DNA of 64,000 nucleotides, taken from contig OZ038378.1 in assembly GCA_964036045.1 (NCBI GenBank), forward strand, positions 145,638,001-145,702,000, read 5' to 3'. This DNA is from Eutreptiella sp. 'Long Island Sound 2002'. Taxonomy: Eukaryota > Protista > Euglenida. Every line of letters begins with the position of its first letter. Position 1 is the first letter of the stretch. This document shows positions 23,607 to 35,824 of this stretch, in pieces. Made by a program: the position numbers and the translations under genes. The notes beneath the pieces were generated by a model. The model had not been told where the DNA came from. It saw nothing but the letters and a program-made list of their open reading frames with translations, and did not search any database.

Positions 23607-25711
23607 GTATGCCCTCATGTCTGTGGGTCTGGCGTGTGTTGCCCCCCGGCTGCTTCCGTGGACCATTGTCTCGTCGCGTTGCGCATATCTGTCATTCATG
23701 TGTTGTGGGTTTGGGCCCTGGTTTTTTGTTTTGGGGGGGCTGACACACATGTGGGAAGTCCAGGCAAAACAGTGGGACGGGTGCCGGGTTCCCTCGCGCA
23801 GCGACGTCCATCCCTCGGAAGGCCCACGCAACAACAGTAACAGCGTGCCATCCTGAATCGGCCGGTGAGGCTAGTCACAGGATTGGTCTCGCCAGGACCG
23901 GGGGGGGCTTGGCATGACGCTATGGTGTATTGTTCTCGTCTGCAGCCGGCGGCGCCTACTGGCCGATCGCCACTCGCTGCCCTTCCCTCGGACCCTTTCC
24001 CTCGGTCGGTTGTGCCAACCGGGGGGGGGGGTCTCCTTCCAGACCGAAAGGCGCCTATGGTACCACTGATGAGGCTCTTGTTTTGATCTTGCACGTCTGC
24101 CTGTCCCCACCAGACAGCAACTCAAAAAGACTCCGTACGGGGGGGTGCCTGCGCTTGTAAGCCCCACCTGAGGTTCCGGCAAGGCCTCCGCCCTTTGATT
24201 GATCCACTGCAACCCGTGCATGGCAGTGGTCTAGCAATTGACCATGGGTGGCACCGGTGGTGAATAAGCCACCCCTGTGGATTGCTATGCCAATGCGGCA
24301 CAGGCCAGCTTCTGTGCGAAACGAGAGCAGTTTGAAAGCCAGCGTCACGTCCTTTCTGTCCGGCTGTGACTGCTCGAGGCCGGTGGTGTCCGGGAAGTAC
24401 AGTTTTGCGGGTCAAAGCCGAACGCCATTCCAGTCCCATTGCTCAACATGCCATCACTGCCCCGTGGTGCCCGCTCCCCTGCAGTTGCCGGCAGAGGCTA
24501 CACATGCATGACCATGAATTCAGAGGGTGCACGTGGCCAGCGCTGGTGATGTGCCCAGTGAGTGGCCAGGGAATTCCGGGGTGCTGGGCCAGGCATTGCA
24601 CCCTGGTGTGAGCCGGAACGGGCTGGCAAGCGAGGCACTGCGGCCATGCGAGAGGGCCGGGGACCCAGGGGGGATTGGTGCCGTAAGGGGGGGTGTAAAG
24701 TAGGCCAAACAGTTTTTTCACTGAATACAAGACAAATGATGCCTCTGACTGACTGACAATAATATTGAGGGTTGCATCAAGTGTTGTACCCCTTCAGTCA
24801 AGAAAAAGATGCTTCAACAACCGAGCCCCCAGCGCGGGGGGGCGCGGTCCAACCATCCCAGTCCCCTCCACGCCCTCTCTGGACCCTCGGGCTGATGACC
24901 TTGGGGCCTTGAACCACCACGACCAGACCGGAACAGGGGTGGGTGGTGGGTGTATGCTCACCTGATTGGAGCTTGAATAGAATCATCAGAGGCACAGCAA
25001 CGGACCCATACCCTCGGATCAAGAGGAACATCTGTTTGGGATCCACAGCACTGATGGCTCGCAGGGTTCTTACCATGTTTGGCTGACTGTTGGGTTCAGA
25101 GGACAGCAGCAACGGGGGCGGGTGGGTGTTCCTTGGGCCAATGTGAGGCAGTTGCTCCCGCGGCAACTGCGACGCGACGTGTCAAGAACTGAAATGGTGC
25201 GCGTCACGCTGACCGTGGCAGCTGGGCGTAGCACAGATTGGAGCGGCTCCCCTGTGTCCCCGCTCCATCCATCCATCCGGATAGAAGCATGATACTCATG
25301 CTCTCTGGCCCAGGTCAATAGCTGTCTGATCCGTGGGATTGATGACGTACGGGATTCTATTTTCCCCCTGGAGCTCGGTGCCGAAGGGAGGCATTGTAGC
25401 AGGGCGGTCTGAAAGGGTCTCCTTTTTCTCCTGCGCCACCTGTTTAGGACCGTCGGAGGGGCAGTCAACCCATGGAAGTTTGCAGTGCAGGTGGGAGTTT
25501 GGCGGACGGGATCCCACTGAGTCAGTCCATATCTATTCACACCATCAACCGTTTTTCATCCAATAGGGAGGGCCATAGCCATGCGGCCAGCACCCGAAGG
25601 ATATCCAGTGCATGTAGTCGCCATTGGATCCCGCTTTGTCCTCCTGCTTTGACGCTCCGTTTGTACCTTCTTCTGCCCGCCTGCCCGCATTTTGGCACCA
25701 TTTGTTCGCAG

Positions 25712-25830
25712 CATTCGTCAGAGGGACGGTGGTGGAGGAGTTCCTGCGATTCAAAGATGTGCATTTGATCGCCAAGCCGTTGCGGCTCGTTGTTCCTCTG
25801 CCCATCCAACGGAGGCTCAGGAAAAAGCAC
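25712..25830 (+). CDS. PX-domain gene exon (end of domain)
   Basis: ttcgcag|CA...CAC|gtgagc; PFVRGTVVEEFLRF completes the PX pattern; phase 1 join. Confidence 0.8.
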
Positions 25831-26624
25831 GTGAGCCCCGATTGCATGGGTACTGCTCATCTTTCGCTTTCGGCCTGGCTGGCGACTGTGGTGTCAGTCA
25901 TGGTGGTGATAGTGGTGGGAAGGTGGGGGGGGGGGTGGTTTTTTTTTTTGAGGAAGGCAATGGATGGAGCGATTCAAGATTTGGGGAGGTCATATTTCAG
26001 GGAATACTTGTCACTCTCCATGGAGGTCAAGACAGGATATCTCCATGGACATTTATCAGCACAGGGGAGAATGGTTATGCAACAGACAAGTGTCCCAAGC
26101 ATAACCAGCAGTTAGAGCAAGTTTGAGCAATGTTTCACTCCACATCTTGCTACAACCTCTCGTGCCCATTCCAAAACCAGCGCACAGGATGCACATGTGC
26201 AGCAATGAACCCACAGTGCAACAGAACAGACATGCATATTGGATTGGCAGCCAACCAGTACTCTTGCCAGTCAGTCCCTGTGTGTGCGACGTAATCTGGG
26301 GACTTTTTTTTGCTGTACCCACAAGCAAAAAAAGAAAAGTGAAAGTGATGCACCAATGTCACAACCACATGGGACAAAATTGTTGGTGTGTGAAGCAAGG
26401 GTGAAAGGCAAAAAGTTGATTTTTCTTTCTGGGTTTTATCCCCCCGCCCCAACCTTGGAGGTAAAAGGGGGGGTGCTTCGTGGGGTACATGGAAATCCCA
26501 ATTGCTTGTGGAAATGATGAAAGACCTAACCTACGAGTAGGTGTGCGAACACCAAATCAAATCATTTGTTTGGCAGCTTGCCGATGGACCGACCGGGTTG
26601 CACCCATGGCAGCCACCAAAAGTT

Positions 26625-26880
26625 AGGCTGCACCCACAAACAGTTCAGTCGGCTCCACCAAAAAACAGGCCACACCCACAAACAGTTGAGTAATGTCCTC
26701 TGAAAGTTGGGTCATGCCCACAAACAGTTGAGTAATGTCCTCCGAAAGTTGGGTCATGCCCACAAACAGTTGAGTAATGTCCTCTGAAAGTTGGGTCATG
26801 CCCACAAACAGTTGAGTAATGTCCTCCGAAAGTTAGGCCGCACCTGTGAACAGGTGAGGAATGTCCCCCGAAAGTCAGTT
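26625..26880. repeat. 42-bp tandem repeat, about 6 copies
   Basis: Unit tgcccacaaacagttgagtaatgtcctcygaaagttgggtca; the four central copies alternate T/C at one site. Confidence 0.9.
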
Positions 26881-27795
26881 TGCAGCTGCAATTGGTTGTC
26901 TAATTTCTGTCGGACATTAGGGCGCAGCTGCGAAAAATTGCACAACTGACACCCAATAATTCAGGGAATCCTCTTTGGGTTGCACTGCACTCACCAACAG
27001 CTGCCACTAGGCACAAACCATTCAAAGAAACCATGAAGCATGTGTCCATAATTTCTAGGGCATGAGGAAAAACAGCACAAGGAGGGGCCTCCCTCAACAA
27101 CTTGTGACTGCCGAAGGAGGCGTGTGAGGGGCTTCGGGCACTTACGGGGACAACATGGCCCATTCCCATGCGGCCCCGTGGATGGTGATTGCTGTTCGGG
27201 GGGTTCGCAAGGTCCTGGTCCCGTATATTCAAATTGCTGATGATAAACATGCTGGAGTGTTTACATTTCACGCCACTCCCATGCCCATATTTGCTACACG
27301 CTGTCTTCAAGAAACCACTTGTTCTTGGGTGAAAATAGTGTGGAGTGCACCATGCTCCATTCGCATTTCATACCATGGCTCCGTTGCTTTGCCGATGCCA
27401 AAAGTACCCAAAATGTTTGTGGGGGAAACGTGCTTCACTTTCATCCAGCGGTGCCCATCCTGCCGACTCGCGACAAGAGGTAGGCAAGGACATACGTTGG
27501 TTGCTGGGTCGTTTTTCTAGGGGCGCAGACGTGGCAGTGGGGTCCATCCTCGCAGACCAATCACAAGACAATGGGGCAAACTGGGAAGCATATTCAAAGG
27601 TAGCCGTGAACCCAATTGGGAACCCAGAGGCAAAAAGCCAAACTCGGCTAAGAAATGAGCTGGATCCCATCAATGGACTACCACGGTGTGGTTTTTGCGG
27701 ATGCTGCATTTGACTTGGATAGGATTGAAGTGGGGATTTGGGGCAGGTTTTTTGGGGGCCAGGTCCTCCACTGCTCTGCACCTGTCTGCACTTAG

Positions 27796-27847
27796 CACGA
27801 GGCTGAGGTGGAGTTAAAAGCAGCCATCAACGATGATCAGAAAACCG
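27796..27847 (+). CDS. Tentative exon of the plus-strand gene
   Basis: cttag|HEAEVELKAAINDDQKT G|gtgata; phase-compatible with 28971-29066; no homology support. Confidence 0.35.
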
Positions 27848-28970
27848 GTGATATCAGAGGCCTCATGGGTGACAAAGGCAATAAATTTTTACCCGTTGAG
27901 AATTTGGATAGTCTCTGAGGTACACCGAAAAACAAAGCCGCGCAATCTTCGCCGATGCCACCTACCGCGTTGGAATCAAACATGGTTCTACCAGCAGTGG
28001 GAATGACCATCCATAACCATAAAATCCAAAAATTCACACGCAAAACACAGCACACGTCTTCAAGGCATATTGCTTATTCACGCCTGTTTGTTGTGACAAC
28101 GAAGGTTCATGATGCAGAACCATGGAGACTCGAACAGAACTTCGCTGGGCAGGAGGGCAGGACCTGCATGTGCCCATGGGCTGGGAGGGCGGGTCCAGTT
28201 CAGAAATAACAACAACAACAAAGCTGGCAAAACAAACCAAAGCATGTATGGTGTACGACTCGTTTCCATTTTCCACTAAAAGCATTAATGGGTGTTTCAC
28301 ACACAAAGCAACGCACAGGTCTTCAGGCATTTTGCTCCTTCACACCTGGCGTCTTTGCTCCCATACCCCGTGCCCCCCTGATGTATCCACAGACACGCCA
28401 GAACCAGGAGCAAAGAAACAGTGCTGGCGAGGAAAGTCGGATAGCACACTCAAGCTGCCGGTACTGCACCAATGAGGCATGACTCCAGATTGAGTGCTGC
28501 CCCTTTACGACCCTTAGGAAACCTTAACACCCAAACAGGTGCAGGCAACTCAGGGAAAGCCTGCAAGGCCAGAACCCTGTCATGTCAGCTTGATGCATTG
28601 TGCATCAATACAAGAAAAACAGTCCACAGGGTTCATGCCCCCTGTGACCCATTCAAGGTACACCGTGGAACGGAGGCCAAAAGAAAGTGGTCCCCGCAGA
28701 TGCCTAATCTGGCGTCTTTTCCGAAGAGGATCATAGGTGCAAATTCAAGGGAAACATCCTTTTATTGCGTACTGACTGATATTATTGACTAATTTGCCCC
28801 TGAGTAACTGTCTCGATGATATTATTTATCATTATTAATGATCTCATTGAGACAGTTGCTTGCATTACAACCCCCCCACCCCAAGAGTGAAATCAATTTG
28901 CCAGTCTTCATGCAGCGTCTTGTGCATGCACCACGTCGTTGTGTCCATCCCTGTCTTCGTGCCTGTCCAG

Positions 28971-29066
28971 CGGACATCACAGCGGAGGTGTCCATCACCA
29001 TCACCGGGGCTTCACCGACACACAAAGATGAAGGCCTCAGCTTCTTATCCACGAGTGCTACGTGCG
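28971..29066 (+). CDS. Tentative exon of the plus-strand gene
   Basis: cctgtccag|DITAEVSITITGASPTHKDEGLSFLSTSATC; 3' boundary uncertain. Confidence 0.4.
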
Positions 29067-29994
29067 GTGAAGAGTTGCCCAGTGAACTATTTGAAAGGGT
29101 CCCAGAGTTGCGGGAGGAGGGTGATGGCATCCTTGTTTTTGCCTGAGCCTCGTCCTTACAATTGTGGGCCATGATCGAACAGGAGCACTGGGCGGTGGTG
29201 TTGGAGTGCGCCCCGACTGGCACAGGAGCCTGTGTGGGGCGTCGTCGTGTTGTGCTGGCAGAGCTGCGCACAGGGCTGGTTTTTTTTTCTTGCAGTCCTG
29301 TGTTGCAGGGCTGTGGGCCTGGCGTTGATGTTGGTGTGGGTGTTGGCAACTTGGTGTTTGGGTGCTTGCGGACCCTGAATGACTCTGTTTCTTGTCACAT
29401 GTGACACTGCGTTTTCCCAATGAGTAGTGGTACCATGGTGTCTAGGGCATTGACCCTCCTCTCTGAAGTCCAGGAGCTCTTAGTGCAAGGCTGTGTCGCG
29501 CAATGTCAGAGTACCATGTGCCACAGGTTTCATCAAAACTCCCCCACAACGGTCCTCTCCCCGTTGCCCCCTCTGTGTCATGCATACACCTACAGACAGA
29601 TGACCTGTCAGCAACTGGCTGAACGTTGCTGTGCCTTGTTGGACGTCGTAGTTCCCCAGATAGGTGTTCATGCTTTTTTGTAAATCTGTCGTTCTTGGGT
29701 TAGATTGTGTGTGGGTGCTCACAGGTGGCTTCCAGCTGTTGCAGGAAAAAGCATGCTCCCTCAGTGTGCTGGCCCCTACACCATCATGCATAAACGTGCA
29801 CACCGGGGTGCATGCACCAACAGTGGGCCAGGTCAACAGGTGGTGATGACCACAAGGGTGGTTCTTGTCATGATTCAGTCTGGCGTTCATAGGTGTGGTT
29901 CACTCTATGTGAACTCTCCCTAGCAGCCCCAGGTTGTTGCAATGTTAGTGGCATACCCCCTGAATCGACCTCCAAGGTGGCCCCATGCACCAAG

Positions 29995-30046
29995 ACAAAC
30001 AGACAGCCAGTCAGTCAGACAGACAGTCAGACAGACAGTCAGACAG

Positions 30047-30080
<34 letters not shown>

Positions 30081-30081
30081 A
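29995..30081. repeat. (CAGA)n microsatellite
   Basis: Visible directly. Confidence 0.9.
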
Positions 30082-32376
30082 GTTGTATATATTTTTTTTG
30101 GGGGGGGGGGGGGCAGTTAGTGAACCTCAGTGCATGCATGCTGTATGAACTCAAAATGTAGCCCTCTCCCTCTTGCCAATGCGCCAGACTGGCTTCAGTC
30201 CCAAGATATCTGTTGATTAAGTTGTACCACCTGCCAACAAGGCACCGATGCCTCTTGCGGCTGAAGATCAGATATGGGCGAGACCCCAAATTGTGTCCAG
30301 AGCAGTCCTCATATTTCTTGGCGTCTGTAAATTGATTGTCCAATGAAGAGGTAACGTACCCACCATTTGAAGGTGGTGCTTGCCATAATTCGGTTTTCAG
30401 GTTGCGGGTAAAGACCACACAGTTGACCCCTACCCCTTGCAGCTCCTGAATCATGCATTATTGCACCCCCCTAAAACATGCTGCACCTGAAGTACACAAG
30501 TACATGTGTAGACAGACCGATAGACACACGCAGCATACACACAAACACAATGCACACACCAGCACCATATCACCCGTGTTTTACAACAAACCAGAGGAGC
30601 TTTCAAAGGTTTTGCAGCGATACGTTTGCAACCTATTTGCTGAGCTGTGCAGAGGTTGCTGCTGTTGAATACTGCCTTGGTAAAATTCAGTGAGGGCTTC
30701 ATGCCTTTGAGCAAGCTCCCTTTCCCCCTACCCCACACTCTGCTGGAGTCTGTTGTGCAGAAAAATTGAAAATTGTGATTTTGTGATGGCATTTTGCCAT
30801 GCAAGCCTGAAAGCAGTTGCTTCTCAGTCAAGCGCCTTTGATTGGACCTGTTCTAGCAGAAGGTGTCGGACGGCTCTGTCAAGCAGGGGAACTCTTCTGA
30901 TCACGCTGAATGTATGTCTGTCTGTCTTCTTGTATATACCAAAGCTCGTTTGTCTTGTTTCGAGCAGTGTATGCCAGATCCGCTTTTCCACCACCCCTGC
31001 TGCTCTACATAGTCTGGCTGGTTTTAGATTTCACCGTCATGGCAGACATCCTGCCTTGATAGTGGTACTGCCACTCAGTAAGGGCCTCAGGAGCGGTTCT
31101 TCATCCGCTTGGAGGCTTGCTCAGAGCAGGAGATGCAACTCAAGCACAAACCCACCCCCTTTCTTGTTTCAGTCGTGGTGGGATCTGGCATCTGTCACCG
31201 CAAAGAACCCATTTTGGCAGCAATTGGGAGTCATTCAGCGCTTGGCATATGCAGCAGACAATTGCTCTTGGATGTCTTGCCATATCCTTTGTTAGGCATG
31301 ACAAGCATAAAAACTTGTTCGCATGTGGGGTCTGCACCTTAGAACTAAGAGAAAATATCTCCTCGGAAAATGAGATATCTTGTCATCTCTGGGCTTTCTG
31401 GTCAAGGCTGGCGATGACGTTGATTGTCAGGCAGTGCTGTCTTTCGCGAGTGGCACCTGTTGTTAATAAGTACTTTAGGTGTTCCCCGGAAATGCTCAGT
31501 GGCAGGTTTGCAGTTGATCAACGGCGTTTGATGGTTGATTGCCAAGACCAGTTGCTGGTTGGTTGGTGCTCCCTTAAGCTGTTGGTGGAGCAGAATCTGA
31601 GACATGTTTTGTGTTTTGTTTGGTATTGAATAGTGGTAGCCAGTTTTAGCATTGGGACTTCCTGCCGAGCAATGCAGGACACGTACAACACGGTGAGCGT
31701 CAGCATCAGGGGGACCGATTCCTCTCTGTAGACCAGCCAAGCAGGTGAGTCTCCGAGGTGCTGGACAGGTGGAAGCAGACTCGTAAGGGGCCCAGGATGG
31801 CCTGGATGGTGCATTGATTACTGTCAAGGTGCCATGAGAACGACCAGGGACCAGGAGGTTCTTGGTAGACTGCAGGAGTTCTCTAGAAGCGCCTGAACCG
31901 AAGGGCGCATATCCTATCCTGAGTGCAGGGGGCCCACCGAGGCTTTACCAGGCACACATCATTGCCGCTCTGGTGGAAACAAGTCCCCTCAGGGGCTCAG
32001 CAGGGGCAGAGTTGAGCAAGAAGCACATTTCAGTCATGCCCACGTGCAGTATTTTGAGGGCAGAGGGGTGCAGGTTGTATGCATAGAGTAAGCAACACCT
32101 GAATTAGAAGGCAGCGGGCAATTGTAAACAATTCTGCAGGCCGATTCAAGTAACTGCGATACGAAAAAGAGCGGACGCTCACGTATGCTCCAGCAAGCAG
32201 GCACCTGGAGCACATTCTATTGGACCAATTGTGATAGATATCATTTGTGGCGGACGTAGAGAACGCCCTAGCCCTTTTGGTCCATGGGTTACGGAGAGCT
32301 CCCGGCACCTGAGGGGAAGCACCTCATGCAGCTTGCGCGCGGTGCGGCTATTTGGCGAAATCTGAGGCGAAACCTT

Positions 32377-32575
32377 GTTGTGTTGTGTTGTGTTGTGTTG
32401 TGTTGTGTTGTGTTGTGTTGTGTTGTGTTGTGTTGTGTTGTGTTGTGTTGTGTTGTGTCGTGTCGTGTCGTGTCGTGTCGTGTCGTGTCGTGTCGTGTTG
32501 TGTTGTGTTGTGTTGTGTTGTGTTGTGTTGTGTTGTGTTGTGTTGTGTTGTGTTGTGTTGTGTTGTGTTGTGTTG
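32377..32575. repeat. (GTGTT/GTGTC)n pentanucleotide microsatellite
   Basis: Visible directly. Confidence 0.95.
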
Positions 32576-33432
32576 CCGTGTTTCTTTCTCCCATCACCTT
32601 GGCACCATGTGCCTGACTCAATCATCAGGGCGCTGATGGTGCTGTGTGTGCTTTGTGTTGCCTGAAAAGGACTCTCTTTTGGAGTGCAATGCTTGTACCT
32701 ATCAACACCCCCCACATGTGTGGATGAACATTTGTGGCACAAGTGGCAGAGGAAGTGATCATATTGTGCTGTTGATGGTTTGTGGTACATATCGGCGTTT
32801 ATACACTTTTTGTGGCCAATGGGTTTGGTCTCTTGAGGGGCCATTTTGGGAGAGGGTAAAATCAGGACGTTCCACCTGTAATGGCTGCACACACACAAAG
32901 TCACAGGGAGGGATAAGCTCACAGTAGTTGAATCATACCAAACCCATTCTTGAAAACGTTTTCAAACCATTTGCAAATATTGGACAGTGTTGTGTGCATT
33001 TTAGCACCGGAGATGCACAAAGTGCTTTGTATGTTGTCCATGTTGCATGTTTGGTCGCGGGGGAGGCATGGAACAACATGTCACAAGTGCAGGCTGGTTT
33101 GGGGGTACGGTTCAAAGGGAATTAGTTTGGACGTTTTCTGGACAAAATGGCGTAAAAGCAGCACGCATTGCGCGCCAGCAGAAGGATTCCCTTTGTAACC
33201 AACGTGCCATCCATCCGAAATATTCTTGGGAATCCCTGCCCCACACAGCCCTTGAAGAGCAGTATTGACCACTCTGACCCTCACGGTGGTCAGATCTTGC
33301 GAATTCCATTGCACTCCGGTGGGCAGGCAGCACAAATAAGAATGCACTGCATTTTGCCTGGTGGAATGATGTAACATAACACAGCACATTGCAACACATC
33401 ACAACACAACACACTGCAGGAGAGCATACCAC

Positions 33433-33565
33433 AGTACAACACAACACAACACGACACGACACAACACAACACAACACAACACAACACAACACAACACAAC
33501 ACAACACAACACAACACAACACAACACAACACAACACAACACAACACAACACAACACGACACAAC
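33433..33565. repeat. (AACAC/GACAC)n pentanucleotide microsatellite
   Basis: Visible directly; inverted relative to 32377-32575. Confidence 0.95.
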
Positions 33566-35790
33566 GCACCACAACACCCCAAGAGCATGCCATCTGATAA
33601 TACTCTTGAAGGCAGTGCCTACTGTGGTGCATCAGCCCTCTGCTGCACAATGATGCTTCGGGGGCAGTGGTTGAGGCAGGATTCAGGCTGACTCGACCCA
33701 GCCCCCCCACCTGACCCTTGTACACAACTTTTGTAAGGACGTAATGGGTGTATTTCCGAGTTTCTAGAGACTGCATGGGACGAGGTAATCTAGTGTGTAA
33801 AGACAACACGCCACAATATGCAGTGCAACAACCTCACACCTGGAAACACCATTTTGCATCCAACTGTCAGACGCAACACAGCACAGTTGAACAATCATCT
33901 GCCACACGTGCCTGGCGATCGAAACGGCACTGTATACATCTCTCGTGATCAAGAACACATGCCTATTCAACCTCAGCAGTGGGTGGATTACATTGGCTTC
34001 AGCTGTGGCCATTGTTTTTCCCATGCATCTCATGGTGTGCACAGCCGATGGCCAAGCAATCATTCCATCACCATGGATCATGCATCATTGTTTATCAGGA
34101 GGAAGAGGTGTGGTTTGTGACGTTACAAGCAAGTGCTTCTGCAACCCCCCACCCCCCCTTGTGCCTTTTCCACCCCCACTATCCCACAGCTGGTCTGTGC
34201 TGACGGTTACCAGAGTCACTGTCACTCCACTAGGTCTACAGGGATGAATACTGGTGGAACATGCACTGTGTTGGGGGTGGGGGTCAGTTGTTTGTTCCTG
34301 GCCACTTGCAAGATCTTCAGTCACACCATGCCACAACCGCTGCACTGGCTCAGGCCACTCGACTAGTGCCTTTCGGCGCCTTCTCCACACAAAGGCTCTT
34401 GCAAAGATGACCCAGGCAATACAGCGCCCTAAGGATCAGCCGGTTGGTGCGTCTGCGCTTTCTCGGCATTCTTTGGCACCGCCCAGAAGTGGTCAGCGTT
34501 TGCCCCCCTGCCCTCTCCACGACTTGTATAAACTCCCCCAAGGCCTATGCAGCTTCTCCCCCACGCACCCTGGCTGCGGTCCAGCTCCTCCATTGTACCC
34601 CCTGGAGGACTGTGGTGCACAGTGTTCAGCGCATAGTATTGAGTTCCCATTGAGTTCCCACCCCGTATGCACATCACTGCTTTGCATGCACAGCTGATGG
34701 TACGCATTCAAATGGGCACCAGAGTTGCAGCCCATGGATTGGGGCCGCGGAGAATTTCTCCTTGCTGCAAAGTTTAGGACATGTTGCTTTGTGGAACTTG
34801 TGCCGGCTGAACACCGCTGCATGTTCATGAACCAGACCCTCTCACACTGCTCTTGGACCGCACCTTTTAGTCGTGTGTCAGGTCCGTGTCAGGTCCCTAG
34901 GCAGGCAGACGTAGTTGTAGGACTTGTGCCAACCCTTGTTCATCGCTGGCTGTACTTTTACTGCTGGCATGATGGGGTGCACTGTGCAGAAAATGCCCCC
35001 CTTGAGGGGGCTGGGGAGTTGTCAAGACCTGTGGCTTGTGCGAATCCCCCTCCCCATTCTTGCAGCATGAACGGATCTTCACCATTTGGCCTGGCCAGAT
35101 TCCGGCTTCTTGGCTGATCCTCCGTGTTGTATCCCCTGATCAGACTTCCTTCCTCTGGGGCAGCAAGACCTCTCCGGCGTCTGGGGTGCACGTGTGCAAA
35201 GGCAGGGGCCTACGTCTGCACACCGCTGTGGTTCTTACGCACATGGTGCAGACTAGGATTCTCCCCTACATTCTCGAGGACTTGGAACTCCACCCGGAAT
35301 GGAGGGTTTGTTTGTGCAGGAATGGATGATCAGATGCTGTGCATGTTTGAGATTCTGCAAAAGGCCTGCATGCTGTGCAATTATGGTGTGCCCTCCCACC
35401 CCCCGCATGCAAGGAAAGTTCAGACTGCACTACCATTAGTGCACCACAAAACAAGACAAGGATTAATGTTAAATTGCGGAGACTGCCAAGACACATGTCA
35501 ATGATGGGGATGAGGGCACATGAAATGTTGCTGCATGGCATTGTGGCATTGTGGCATTGTCATCAATCATACTACTTCTTAGACATTTCCCCTGGGTGCA
35601 TTTGGTGACCGAAAATTGAACCAACAGGATCGTGGCCGAAAAATTGGTCAGTAGATAGCAAAGGCGCACCAAACAGTGCAGCAGTTTGCCCACGCCAGAA
35701 ACCTGTGTGTTCCAGCCCTTTCCACATCCACCTGTGAACAGATCTTGTGAATTTGAAATCTGATGGTAATGTGTCCTAATTACAACCAAC

Positions 35791-35824
<34 letters not shown>

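Noticed and set aside
18790-26880. CRISPR-like appearance of the tandem arrays at 18.8-20.3 kb and 26.6-26.9 kb
   Set aside because: No unique spacers, no cas genes, eukaryotic context.
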